From a virus: a stretch of 45,608 nt of DNA. Under the pieces are notes generated by a model that had not been told where the DNA came from, ran no database searches, and was given only the letters and a program-made list of their open reading frames with translations. The DNA is taken from positions 1 to 45,608 of the IMG/VR virus record IMGVR_UViG_3300022917_000004, one strand, 5' to 3'. Positions 7,701 through 15,631 of the stretch are shown one piece after another. Within the stretch, counting starts at the first letter, position 1. Every line of letters starts with the position of its first letter. The position numbers and the translations under genes were made by a program.

Positions 7701-7875
7701 TCTCAAGCGGCGGCGCAGCCGCCTTTGGCGGCGGCAGCGGTTGCCAGCCCGTGCCGTCATGAAAGACTTTCTCGCCGGTCTTCGGGTTGGTCGCGGTCTT
7801 GGCTGGCAACCACTGGCCTGTTGCCTCGTCCAGATAAACCCGTTCGCCGGTCTCTGGATTGGTTGCGGTTGCCAT
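4765..7875 (-). CDS. Large internal virion / ejection protein (T7 gp16-like by position), 1036 aa
   Basis: Last and largest gene of the virion operon; duplicated TATNPxTGE+V..D..TG.WxP motif at the N-terminus; long helical and Gly/Ala-rich segments. Confidence 0.5.
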   Translation of the reverse strand: MATATNPETGERVYLDEATGQWLPAKTATNPKTGEKVFHDGTGWQPLPPPKAAAPPLETFQPNTFATQPSVIGPAARTAQWPAGGGDPVAGIPGFDVPMVGDDQVPPARAFPDPAGSFPDPDMQAGRAGKIALQAAGSGAVNVPGMLFDIPALAAKGIEHGAYKAADTVAGVGAKILGLGDFSTPRIVRPEGMPNRQLPTDFVKGIASDLAEKAGYEAVEPNSLKEKTLSNVVQLGTEGLGSGLALSKAAGARALELAKPGAMPLRSDKFVRPYFDAPVKTVIGDTAAGATGGAALTGAQQIPEDVRARGGGSVGVLSDIFAQLVGGVSGGTLASGVMGAPTTTGNLITRNKMADGISVDPTTGMYVSNQTADEATKFLRSLTTSDPEALSAQIGQRTKEFRDAGLPVPTTGLLTDDIGLAGLEKRQRTRAGPGPTELDPNASAETKQTYSFGARDQALRDSASENVQSIRQPGVDPELFQKRAQERAAMELEARQRQVDQPAGRARGVEQALETEANQLSANVGQTPGASSNILDTYRNTRVLERERKDALYANPAWTESHVDINPTLEAAQEIHSKATGSSPVSPLVEPFLKRIEAAKDAGTLPGWEVSKMIKDIEAKIKVSLKDGEDFKPLKELKDSLVRSIDQLPDDHPGKIAIEAARTNVRERIAPNFRENVGGSLDMRLKTNPGQVQPETAGAEFLNRGSSARQLMDIANLRGNADEVAANARSIIMDRLAQGGVIKDGAIDPDKLVQWRNKNVDVINSIPELRGQVDTLVADARSGVDLTARVGGKVKQAETKLAETTKELQQGPVGKIADRTPDEAVGRIMDGPNAPKNMAELRRKMGNNPDADASLKAAVTDHFVKEVGALNPAHGDYEVKLSALVKKFEKHRDTLIAAGMKPDEMQALQRAQTVLSPLLKRNVQATVGSTTAESTEAAMRPLELALKGYYGILKGGGMFRTLKVAIKTMTGDSNIPVERLITRAMFDPELAQTLLTRNVKEAGTPKWNAQLQKVLRRVTAARGAVQEDDEDEPAGR

Positions 7876-7881
7876 GCGGCG

Positions 7882-9339
7882 CTAATCCAAAACGAAGCCG
7901 GGAGGGGGCGCTGCGCCGGGAGCTGCTGTCGCGCCCCGCGCTGTTGGCGGCGGTACTGCGCCTGGAGCAGACGCTTGGTTCGTCTGCCGCCGCAGCTTGT
8001 TGTTGTCCAACTCGATGCGGAGTTCGTCTTCCGTGGCCTGCATCCGGTTGAGAAATTCGGTCGGACCCTTGAACCAAGAGTCGGGCGTGCCGACCATGTT
8101 GCGCGCACGGTCGACGTCCATGTTGGACAGCGTGCCGCCTTTGTTGAGCGCACGCGCGACTTTGTAGGTCAGCAACGCGTGCAACGTCTCAACCTTATTC
8201 AGATCGCCAGAGAAGATTTCCGGGAACAGCTTGTCGGCCGAGTCTCCGAGCGTCCGGCGAACGGTCATGCGCGCCGTTTCGAGATCGCCCTTGATGTTGG
8301 CCGTGCCGCCCAAAAGACCGTGCATCGACGCGACCACGTCCGTCACGGTCTGACCGGCGCGCAAGGCGTTGCCCGCTGGCCCGACGATGTTCGGGTTGGC
8401 TTGCACCATCGTCTTGATTCTGCCGGTCAATCCGATGGCGTCTTCGCCAGCGATAATGCTCTCGTCGAGGTTGCCGGACTGCGTCCGTCCAAGCCCGGCC
8501 GCAGTCATGGAGTTGGCACCGCCTGCCGAGCTGGGGGCGTAGAGCTGATGGCCAACAGGCAGCGGCTGCTTCGTGATGATATCGGTCTGCCGGTCTACCG
8601 ACGTGCCCTGGCGCGGCGGGCCACCAGGCGTCTCAGGCGGCGCGATCCAGTTAAAGACGGAGTCCGGTTTCACGTCCGCGCCCAGATACGCGAGCTTGTT
8701 CGGGTCGGCCCAGTTCGGGAACGCCGCACCGGCTTGCGCGCTCTTGTAAATATCGGACGGCGCAACCTGGACGTATTTGCCTGGGTTCGCCAGGAACTCC
8801 GCACGCGGAACGGTGGCGTAGCCAAGCGGGTTCTCTGGCGTGATCGGTGCGTGGACCTGGATCAACTCCCGCGCATTTTTCAGCTCGTCTGCTCTGACGA
8901 TCCTGTCGGTCTTCGCCAATTCAGACGCCGCGTGTGCGCGCTGCGTCGACTCCATGCCGAGCGGCGTGCTGCCGTAGGCAGTGCCTGGAATGGTGAGCTG
9001 GTTCTGCGTGATGATGCCTTGGTTTGCCGGGGTGCCAAGCGCGTTCGGATCGAGGCCCGAAATGCTCACGCCGGATCGCATCCCAAAGAGGTTCGACGGC
9101 GTGATACCGGCGCGGACAGCGTTGCCAGCCAGCAAGCCAGTGTCGTAGCCGGGTTGTGCAATCCCCTGCGCCACCAACTCGGTCGCTTCGTTCTGCCGCT
9201 GCTGTTCCTTGAACTTTTCGCGCGTGTATGCGGCGGTCGACGCCTTCGGCCCGAAGAACGATTCCGTGAGACCGCCAAGACCGAACAGGTCTTCGCCCAT
9301 CGTCTTTTGGTTGCCGTAAGGATTGATGATCTGCACCAT
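7882..9339 (-). CDS. Virion structural / internal protein, 485 aa
   Basis: ORF track; tightly packed in the virion operon (stop of the upstream gene 2 nt away). Confidence 0.5.
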   Translation of the reverse strand: MVQIINPYGNQKTMGEDLFGLGGLTESFFGPKASTAAYTREKFKEQQRQNEATELVAQGIAQPGYDTGLLAGNAVRAGITPSNLFGMRSGVSISGLDPNALGTPANQGIITQNQLTIPGTAYGSTPLGMESTQRAHAASELAKTDRIVRADELKNARELIQVHAPITPENPLGYATVPRAEFLANPGKYVQVAPSDIYKSAQAGAAFPNWADPNKLAYLGADVKPDSVFNWIAPPETPGGPPRQGTSVDRQTDIITKQPLPVGHQLYAPSSAGGANSMTAAGLGRTQSGNLDESIIAGEDAIGLTGRIKTMVQANPNIVGPAGNALRAGQTVTDVVASMHGLLGGTANIKGDLETARMTVRRTLGDSADKLFPEIFSGDLNKVETLHALLTYKVARALNKGGTLSNMDVDRARNMVGTPDSWFKGPTEFLNRMQATEDELRIELDNNKLRRQTNQASAPGAVPPPTARGATAAPGAAPPPGFVLD

Positions 9340-9340
9340 G

Positions 9341-10036
9341 TCACAGACTCGTTGGCATCGTAGTGAGAAGGGTGGGCGCTGCGGCGTTCGCTGCGGCTTT
9401 GCCAGCGAAGTATCCGCCGCCAGCGCCGCTCATCATTGCGGACCCGGCCGTCTTGAGCAGCGGACCCCAAATCGTCGGAGACTTTTGTGCTGAATAGGCC
9501 GCGAAATCTTGCTGCGATGGCAGCATCGCCGCTTCCTGTCTGGAGAAACCGTTGTAGGTGTCGACCAGGCGGCCAGCCTCGGTCAGATCCACGTTGTTGC
9601 CCATCAACGTGTCCTGCCAAGTGAGCGGCTTCGCCGCGAGCTTGGCGTGCTGCGTGGCCGTATTAAAGACGTCTCGCAGACGCTGGCCCACTTGGCCCTT
9701 GATGATCTCGGGCGCACCCTCCAGCGGAATCCCTTCCACGCCGGGGGCTTGTTGGCCGATGGCTTCGGTGATCGCCACGTCGCGGCGCTTGATCGCTTCG
9801 TCTTGCGTCTTGGCCTGATTTTCCTCGCTGAATTTATCGAGCGCCTTCTGCACGCCCTCTTGGCGGCTCTTGTCTTCGTAGCCACGCAGACGCTGCCGCG
9901 ACGCGAGCAGCTCGCGATTGCGTGCGCTGGCCGCAGCCGCAGCGTTGTTCTGCTGTTCGTTGCGCTCGACCAGCGTGCCGCCAGCCGCTGCCGCAGCACC
10001 GGCCGCCATGATGGCAATTTCGATGCCGGTACACAT
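9341..10036 (-). CDS. Virion internal protein, 231 aa, with a hydrophobic Ala/Gly-rich N-terminus
   Basis: MCTGIEIAIMAAGAAAAAGG... then a coiled-coil-like region; location in the operon. Confidence 0.45.
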   Translation of the reverse strand: MCTGIEIAIMAAGAAAAAGGTLVERNEQQNNAAAAASARNRELLASRQRLRGYEDKSRQEGVQKALDKFSEENQAKTQDEAIKRRDVAITEAIGQQAPGVEGIPLEGAPEIIKGQVGQRLRDVFNTATQHAKLAAKPLTWQDTLMGNNVDLTEAGRLVDTYNGFSRQEAAMLPSQQDFAAYSAQKSPTIWGPLLKTAGSAMMSGAGGGYFAGKAAANAAAPTLLTTMPTSL

Positions 10037-10039
10037 TGG

Positions 10040-10828
10040 CTATCTCTTTTTCTTCGAGCTGCCGATGACCTTCGCTGACGCCGCTGGGCCAGCCGCACCG
10101 CCAGCGAGATTGAGACCACTTGCGCCCTGCGCGGCACCGAACGACATAGCTGGGCCAGCGGGGTCCGGCGTGGATGCGTATGGCGCAATCAGACCGCCAA
10201 AGACGTCACTGCCGAGCGTGCTGGCGGGAGCCGCTGTCCCGAAGATCTTGTCGGCTTCCGCCTTGGTGCGCGTGCCCAGGCTCGCATTGTCCGCGCCAGC
10301 GCCGATGCTGCCGTAGAGGTTGTTCTTCGCGGTGTTGACGGTGTCCGACAAACTGGTCTGGAAACTCTGCGCTGCGGTCTGCCCCTTGCCCAGCTCCTGG
10401 TCCCGCAACGCGTCGAGCTGCTGAAAAAGACCCTGACTCTGGGGAGTATTACCAAGGCCCTTCTTTGCGGTGCCAGCGGTCAGGACGTCTTTGGCCAAGC
10501 CGTACTGGCTATCCACGCCGCTCTTGTACGGGTTGTACGCGTTTTGATACTGCGTCGCGTAGAACTCTGGCGTGAACTGCGAAAAGCCAGCGTCGACGAT
10601 GCCACGGAACGGACTTGCATCGAACACGGGCTGAGTCACCGGGGCGGCGGCTGCGGCTGTATCGACTGCCGTTCCAGCCGTGCTGGACGCAGCGGATTGC
10701 TGTTGCGCTGCCTGCTGTGCTGCCGCCGCGTTGGCGGCGTTCTGCGCGTCGATGTTCTTTTTGACAGCGGCCCAATACCACCAATCGGTGTCGGGGTTTT
10801 GGCCGAATACACTGTCCATAATTCCCAT
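10040..10828 (-). CDS. Virion internal protein, 262 aa, Ala/Gln/Gly-rich
   Basis: AGGAGA RBS; low-complexity AAAAQQAAQQQSAASS region; location in the operon. Confidence 0.45.
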   Translation of the reverse strand: MGIMDSVFGQNPDTDWWYWAAVKKNIDAQNAANAAAAQQAAQQQSAASSTAGTAVDTAAAAAPVTQPVFDASPFRGIVDAGFSQFTPEFYATQYQNAYNPYKSGVDSQYGLAKDVLTAGTAKKGLGNTPQSQGLFQQLDALRDQELGKGQTAAQSFQTSLSDTVNTAKNNLYGSIGAGADNASLGTRTKAEADKIFGTAAPASTLGSDVFGGLIAPYASTPDPAGPAMSFGAAQGASGLNLAGGAAGPAASAKVIGSSKKKR

Positions 10829-10840
10829 GATCGTCTCCTA

Positions 10841-11473
10841 CTAGGCGCGACCGTAAACTTGTTCTTTGCGGGTCGGTGCGTTGAACCAACTCGCGACCCG
10901 TCCGCCGTATGGCGAGTACGCGTCCGCCTGCGCGGCAGTGCCGAGCGACTTGATGGTGCTGCCGAAAATGTCTCCGAGCTGCGAGGTGCCGGGCTGCGCC
11001 ACCAACGCGGTGGCTTCGCCAATCGCGCGGTTCGCCATAGCGGTGGGATCACCGGCCGACGTGTTGAGCGCGTAGAGGTCGGTCTTTTGTTTCTCGACGG
11101 CGGCGCGGAGCTGATTGGCCTGGGTTACCGCGTCGTTGGCGATCTGGCCCAGCGTCGTGGCGCGGGTCTTTTCTACGTCGCCAAAAGCGTTCGATCCGAT
11201 GCTGGATTTGAGAACACCACGCCCAGCGAGCAGCGCCGTCGCCTTATCTTTGGCCTTGGCGTACTGGTCTTCAACCTGGGGCGCGTTCGCGCCAACACTC
11301 GCGTCTTGAAATCTTTTGTAATAATTGTCGTCGAACTGCGAAAAGGCTTGGTTGATCTGCCCTTGGCCTTCGAGGATGCGACCTTGGCGAGCAGCTTCTT
11401 CGTTTTTCTGCTCTTGTTTGGAGATTGCCGCTTCCCAGCGGGAAGCGTCGGCCGCTTTGTTGCTGAAACACAT
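10841..11473 (-). CDS. Virion internal protein, 210 aa (T7 gp14-like by position)
   Basis: ORF track; helical and charged; location in the operon. Confidence 0.4.
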   Translation of the reverse strand: MCFSNKAADASRWEAAISKQEQKNEEAARQGRILEGQGQINQAFSQFDDNYYKRFQDASVGANAPQVEDQYAKAKDKATALLAGRGVLKSSIGSNAFGDVEKTRATTLGQIANDAVTQANQLRAAVEKQKTDLYALNTSAGDPTAMANRAIGEATALVAQPGTSQLGDIFGSTIKSLGTAAQADAYSPYGGRVASWFNAPTRKEQVYGRA

Positions 11474-11517
11474 ACTTGCGCGACCTTTGGGTCGGGCACG
11501 GTGCGGCGAACTCCGTA

Positions 11518-12036
11518 CTATGACGCTCGCGGATTTGTAGGTTTATAGCGCCCGACAGCCCCAACGTCACGGCTTTTGTCGATTTCCGTGAGAATGTAGT
11601 GGTGGTCGCCGTCTGCCGTTGTGCCGATGTAGTGGAAATCCAGAAGCGAAAACCACCGGCTACGCTCCCAATGGTCCGACGCCGTGTAGCTGTGAAAACT
11701 GACGGCCGGGTAGAAGGTTCTCAGTAGCTTGACCCGTCTTTTACAGGCCAGGGTGGCGGCCAGGCCCCGGTCCACAAAGCCCTGGGAAAAGACGAACCAG
11801 GTCGTCCGGACGTTGCGATTCTCGCTGGGATAATGCCCGAAAATGGCCAGCGCCCGGTCGTGCTCGTCGACCAAAACGTCGGTCTGGGCGTCCGGCAACT
11901 GGAGCAGCTCCTGGACCTTGGGCAGCGCGTTCCACCAGTTTCCGCAGTCTCGCCGGACCTCTGCGGCCGAAATAGAGGACAGGTCCGCAAAGACCTGGTG
12001 AATGTCCCCCATCAGCGCCGTCCGGAAACTCAACAT
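11518..12036 (-). CDS. Hypothetical virion-module protein, 172 aa (T7 gp13-like by position)
   Basis: TAATG overlap with the upstream 702-aa gene. Confidence 0.4.
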   Translation of the reverse strand: MLSFRTALMGDIHQVFADLSSISAAEVRRDCGNWWNALPKVQELLQLPDAQTDVLVDEHDRALAIFGHYPSENRNVRTTWFVFSQGFVDRGLAATLACKRRVKLLRTFYPAVSFHSYTASDHWERSRWFSLLDFHYIGTTADGDHHYILTEIDKSRDVGAVGRYKPTNPRAS

Positions 12037-14144
12037 TAGCGGTCTTCCTCACCCCCCTGGAAGTGGATCAACAAGCCCGACAGGCTCGCGTAGCCCGCGT
12101 TCGAACATTCCAACGTCAGCGCAAAATGACTCGTTCGCGCGGTGACCGGAATGTGTGGTTCGTGGAACGAATTGCGTGTGAGACGGCCGATAGTTTGCTC
12201 GATGCTCTCTTTGTTGGGATCGGGGAGCAACTTCACCAGCCATTCGTTGTTGATCGCGATGTCCATGCCATGAAGCGTCTTGATCGTTGCCGGGCTGTCC
12301 GCAGACAGGAACGGAAGTTCGACGCTAACCACCTGTTCGTTGTCGGCCGGATATTCTTCACCGCTGTCGCCGCCGTAGAGATAGATCTTGTCGTCGTTGC
12401 CGCGCACGAACAACCGCGCGCTGTCGCGGACGAAATCCTCGATACGAAACGGCAGCTCGTAGTACGACCAGGCCGTGACCTTGGAGCTGGGGAAGTAGCT
12501 CAAGACGTAGATCCGATTGTCCACGGCCAGCCAATAGCGGCCATCGACCGGCTCCACGACCGAGACCGCCCGCGCGACCGTGTCGGTGGCAAGCGTCCGT
12601 AAGTGTGCGTGAACAAACGGGTCGATGGCAGTGCCGACGTCGTTGACGTAAGCGGCGTTGAGCACATCGCGCGCCCTGATAGATCTCACGCCGGTCGGGT
12701 CGAGATAAAAGACGTCGTTGTTGCCGTAAGCGAGCACGCTTCGGTTCGCAAACGTGCCGGTGTTGTCCAGGCTCTGGTAGAAACTAATTTCTTGGGCGTC
12801 TGTCGAGATCGTATAAAGACGGATCTGAGACCGTCCAAAGACGACTGCGTAGTTCGAATACTGCCCCACGCAGACCAAGCGTTCTGAGCCTTCCGACTCG
12901 TTGGACGCGTCGATCTGCACAAAGCCAGACGCGGCGGCGCTGTCGCTCCAGTTTGAAGGGTCATTGAGCTTCGATCCCACGAACAGCGTCCCGGCGACGC
13001 TCCACATGCGTTGCTTGTAGGTGAAAGCACTGACGCCAGTGCCGGACGCTTTGCCGGTCGCCACGTAGGCCAGGCCGTTGATGGTGACGGTGTAAATGTC
13101 GTTGGCTTCGTAGGTGCCGCCGAATGTGAGTTTATTGACCTGTGCGACCGCCGTCAGTTTGGTCACGCCGCCCACGAAATCGGTCTTTGTGGTCGTGACG
13201 TCGCCAGCGACTGTAACCGCAACCACGCGACCGTTCGCCGTTGCGCCAAGCCCCACCGCCGCCTGGATCGTCACCACGTTGCCGGTGGCGAACGCAGTGT
13301 AGCCGTGAACCGACGTCTGGTTGCCGATGGCCACGGCCAGCGCCGTTGCGGTGGCGTTGTTGGACGTGCGCCAGTGCAATGGGACTGCGAGCAAATTGAC
13401 TGCGGCAACCGTGATCTGGCCAATGTAGTTGTCTTCCGGAATGAACGTGCCGCCCGTGATCGTGACGGTGCCGCTTGCTCGAACTTCGGCCACGGCCGTC
13501 ACGTTGGCCTGTACCACCGCATTGACCAGCGTCTGGTCTGCGACACCGGCACCAGCGTTCGTCGTCGCCGTTGTGACAGTGAACGGCACGCCTGGGACGC
13601 GGGCCTCGATCATCACGGTGTTGGCCGAGCTTTGCGCCTTGACCAACGGTGAGCTGTTGATCTGCAAGGCCATGTATTCGGCCAGCGTCGTCACGTTGGA
13701 GTTCGCCACGACAATGGGAGGGCCGACAGAACCAGCGCCGATGGCCTCCCAATCGGTTACTCTTACCCCATCGTAAAAATGGTGAATGTTGCCGTCGTTG
13801 AACTGCGCCACGACGTAGAGCTTGCCGCTGAAAGCGCGAACCTCCAGCACGCGGGTCAGCGTCGGACTGCCTGGCGCAATAAGCCGCTGGTACAGCACGC
13901 CAAGCGGCATCAGCGCCGCAAGATCCGCAGACCCAAAGACGTAGAGCTGAGACCGCAGACGCGCGAGACCGTGCGTGCCGCTAGGGAGTGTGTGCTTGAG
14001 AACAAATTTCTTGTTGCGCTCAATGTCGCCGCCGCGCGTGATATGCGCGTTCTTCAAAGTGAAAAGCGTACCGGAAACGCCCGCTATGCGCGGCCGTCTG
14101 CGATCCATCCCGAATTTGAAATCCGCAATCGCAAGGTACGCCAC
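12036..14144 (-). CDS. Large tail (nozzle / tail tubular protein B-like) protein, 702 aa
   Basis: Size and position immediately after the adaptor-like gene; beta-rich with repeated VT.T.GG segments. Confidence 0.45.
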   Translation of the reverse strand: MAYLAIADFKFGMDRRRPRIAGVSGTLFTLKNAHITRGGDIERNKKFVLKHTLPSGTHGLARLRSQLYVFGSADLAALMPLGVLYQRLIAPGSPTLTRVLEVRAFSGKLYVVAQFNDGNIHHFYDGVRVTDWEAIGAGSVGPPIVVANSNVTTLAEYMALQINSSPLVKAQSSANTVMIEARVPGVPFTVTTATTNAGAGVADQTLVNAVVQANVTAVAEVRASGTVTITGGTFIPEDNYIGQITVAAVNLLAVPLHWRTSNNATATALAVAIGNQTSVHGYTAFATGNVVTIQAAVGLGATANGRVVAVTVAGDVTTTKTDFVGGVTKLTAVAQVNKLTFGGTYEANDIYTVTINGLAYVATGKASGTGVSAFTYKQRMWSVAGTLFVGSKLNDPSNWSDSAAASGFVQIDASNESEGSERLVCVGQYSNYAVVFGRSQIRLYTISTDAQEISFYQSLDNTGTFANRSVLAYGNNDVFYLDPTGVRSIRARDVLNAAYVNDVGTAIDPFVHAHLRTLATDTVARAVSVVEPVDGRYWLAVDNRIYVLSYFPSSKVTAWSYYELPFRIEDFVRDSARLFVRGNDDKIYLYGGDSGEEYPADNEQVVSVELPFLSADSPATIKTLHGMDIAINNEWLVKLLPDPNKESIEQTIGRLTRNSFHEPHIPVTARTSHFALTLECSNAGYASLSGLLIHFQGGEEDR

Positions 14145-14149
14145 ATCAA

Positions 14150-14851
14150 CTACCCATTAACTTGCACGACAACCTTGGGCGACGGCTTGTTGGTGCCGCC
14201 GTCTGTCAGCACGTAAGACTTCCCCGCAGATTTCATTCGAGCACGATGGCGCGAGTACAGCGCCTGCGCCGCGCGCAACTTGTTTTCGGCGTCTGGACTG
14301 CCCTGCGCTGTCAGCATTTCAGCAGCCGAGAACGCGATAACCAGGTTGTCGTCGAGGAAGCACAAATCAATGTCGTTCACCAAGCGAACGAATTTCTTGT
14401 AGCCGATGAACTGGACCCACTGCGCGCTGGTGTCTGGAACTGGCCAGACCTCGTATTGCACATGGTCATGCAGCTCAGCCGAACGCAGATCCCAATGGGA
14501 GACCGGCGACGACCGCTGGTCGTCTTCGGTGTCGTAGATCGAGTATTGCTCAAAGCCGATGCCGCGCGTCAGCGGACAGGCTTCGCCGGAATACCAGACA
14601 GCGACTTTTTCGATCCGCTCCGCGTCCAGCTCTGGTGGCAGATCGTAGAGAAACTGCCCCGAGTTCATCGCCATCGACGGGCAGACTTTTCGCAGGATCG
14701 GCCAATCGTAGTCGGTGTAGAGGAACTCGTAGTTCCGATTAATGACGCGTTTCAGACCGTCTGCGTCCGACGAGCTGACGGCCGGATCTGTCGACCGGCG
14801 CAGCTCGTCGCGAAGCATGTTTAGCAGCGTCAGGAACTGCGAGCCACGCAT
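14150..14851 (-). CDS. Tail adaptor (tail tubular protein A-like) protein, 233 aa
   Basis: AAGAGG RBS; position upstream of the 702-aa gene, as in T7 gp11/gp12. Confidence 0.4.
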   Translation of the reverse strand: MRGSQFLTLLNMLRDELRRSTDPAVSSSDADGLKRVINRNYEFLYTDYDWPILRKVCPSMAMNSGQFLYDLPPELDAERIEKVAVWYSGEACPLTRGIGFEQYSIYDTEDDQRSSPVSHWDLRSAELHDHVQYEVWPVPDTSAQWVQFIGYKKFVRLVNDIDLCFLDDNLVIAFSAAEMLTAQGSPDAENKLRAAQALYSRHRARMKSAGKSYVLTDGGTNKPSPKVVVQVNG

Positions 14852-14860
14852 GGAAGCCTC

Positions 14861-15346
14861 TTAGGTTTCGAGTAGCGCCGACTCTTTCTTGGCCGTCTTT
14901 TTAGCGAAAGGTTCGGGGACGCTTGAGACCGGGTCGCCCGGCAACAGCACAGCTTTAGGGCGCGGTGGCTCTTGCGGCTCCAGTTCCACGAACTTTTCTT
15001 CTTCGCGCAGCAGCGGCGCGTCTTCGAGTTCGCCAACCGGCTGCGTCGTGTATTCGAGCGGCAGCGGATTTCCCACGCCGTAGAGCGCGTTCAAGACCGC
15101 GATGCCGTTGGTCTTTCCAGGCGCATTGTATCGAGTGCCGATACGAGCACGCTCTTGCGTGTCCGAACGATCCACGCCTTTGCCGGTTGGCTTGACGTTG
15201 GTGATCGGGTCGGTGCCGCTCTCGTTTTCGCCGTGGATGGCGCGCAGCACATACATTTCGGCTGCGGTGATGTTCGGCACAAAGACCGAGTTGTCACGCG
15301 AGCCACTGAGCAAGACCGTGCAGTCGTAAAGCGGTCGAACAGGCAT
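14861..15346 (-). CDS. Hypothetical virion-module protein, 161 aa
   Basis: Internal ATG at 15346 preceded by a perfect AAGGAG. The longer ORF to 15520 overlaps the 74-aa membrane gene and has an implausible composition. Confidence 0.55.
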   Translation of the reverse strand: MPVRPLYDCTVLLSGSRDNSVFVPNITAAEMYVLRAIHGENESGTDPITNVKPTGKGVDRSDTQERARIGTRYNAPGKTNGIAVLNALYGVGNPLPLEYTTQPVGELEDAPLLREEEKFVELEPQEPPRPKAVLLPGDPVSSVPEPFAKKTAKKESALLET

Positions 15347-15357
15347 AGGAACTCCTT

Positions 15358-15582
15358 TTAGCCGTGGAAGATTGGGACTCGAACTCCTGCCGCCCCCAGC
15401 AGAACCATGATGATCCACAGCACCACCAGCACCAGGATCACGGTCATCAGCACTCGGATGATTGTCGCGAACGGTTCGGCAATCGGGATCAGCGGAAGCA
15501 GTTGCTGTACGGCCCACCATACGATGCCCAAAATTATTAGCGCGAAGATGATTCCGATCAGCGTCCCAATAAGTCCCGACAT
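15358..15582 (-). CDS. Small two-TM membrane protein, 74 aa (class II holin-like topology)
   Basis: GGAGGA RBS; two hydrophobic spans, LIGTLIGIIFALIILGIVWWAV and IIRVLMTVILVLVVLWIIMVLLGAAG. Confidence 0.6.
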   Translation of the reverse strand: MSGLIGTLIGIIFALIILGIVWWAVQQLLPLIPIAEPFATIIRVLMTVILVLVVLWIIMVLLGAAGVRVPIFHG

Positions 15583-15596
15583 CGTATCCTCCTGCG

Positions 15597-15627
15597 GTTA
15601 AAAGACGGGGGCTTTCACCCCCGTCTC
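15597..15627 (-). terminator. Rho-independent terminator after the capsid-region genes
   Basis: Minus strand AGACGGGGG-tgaaag-CCCCCGTCT followed by TTTTAA; stems at 15603..15611 and 15618..15626. Confidence 0.6.
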
Positions 15628-15631
15628 AGTT

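Noticed and set aside
7396-9363. Very long plus-strand ORF (655 aa). Similar long antisense ORFs occur at 5446..6636, 10544..11548, 16715..18235, 19034..19778 and 34026..35339.
   Set aside because: These ORFs lie antisense to well-supported structural or replication genes. They are extremely Arg/Gly/Val/Ala/Pro-rich with no motifs, which is the expected artefact of high-GC DNA where antisense frames lack stop codons.
14861-15520. 219-aa version of the ORF downstream of the 74-aa membrane gene.
   Set aside because: The upstream 58 codons overlap the 74-aa gene and are D/G/R/S-rich. The internal ATG at 15346 has a perfect AAGGAG Shine-Dalgarno sequence.
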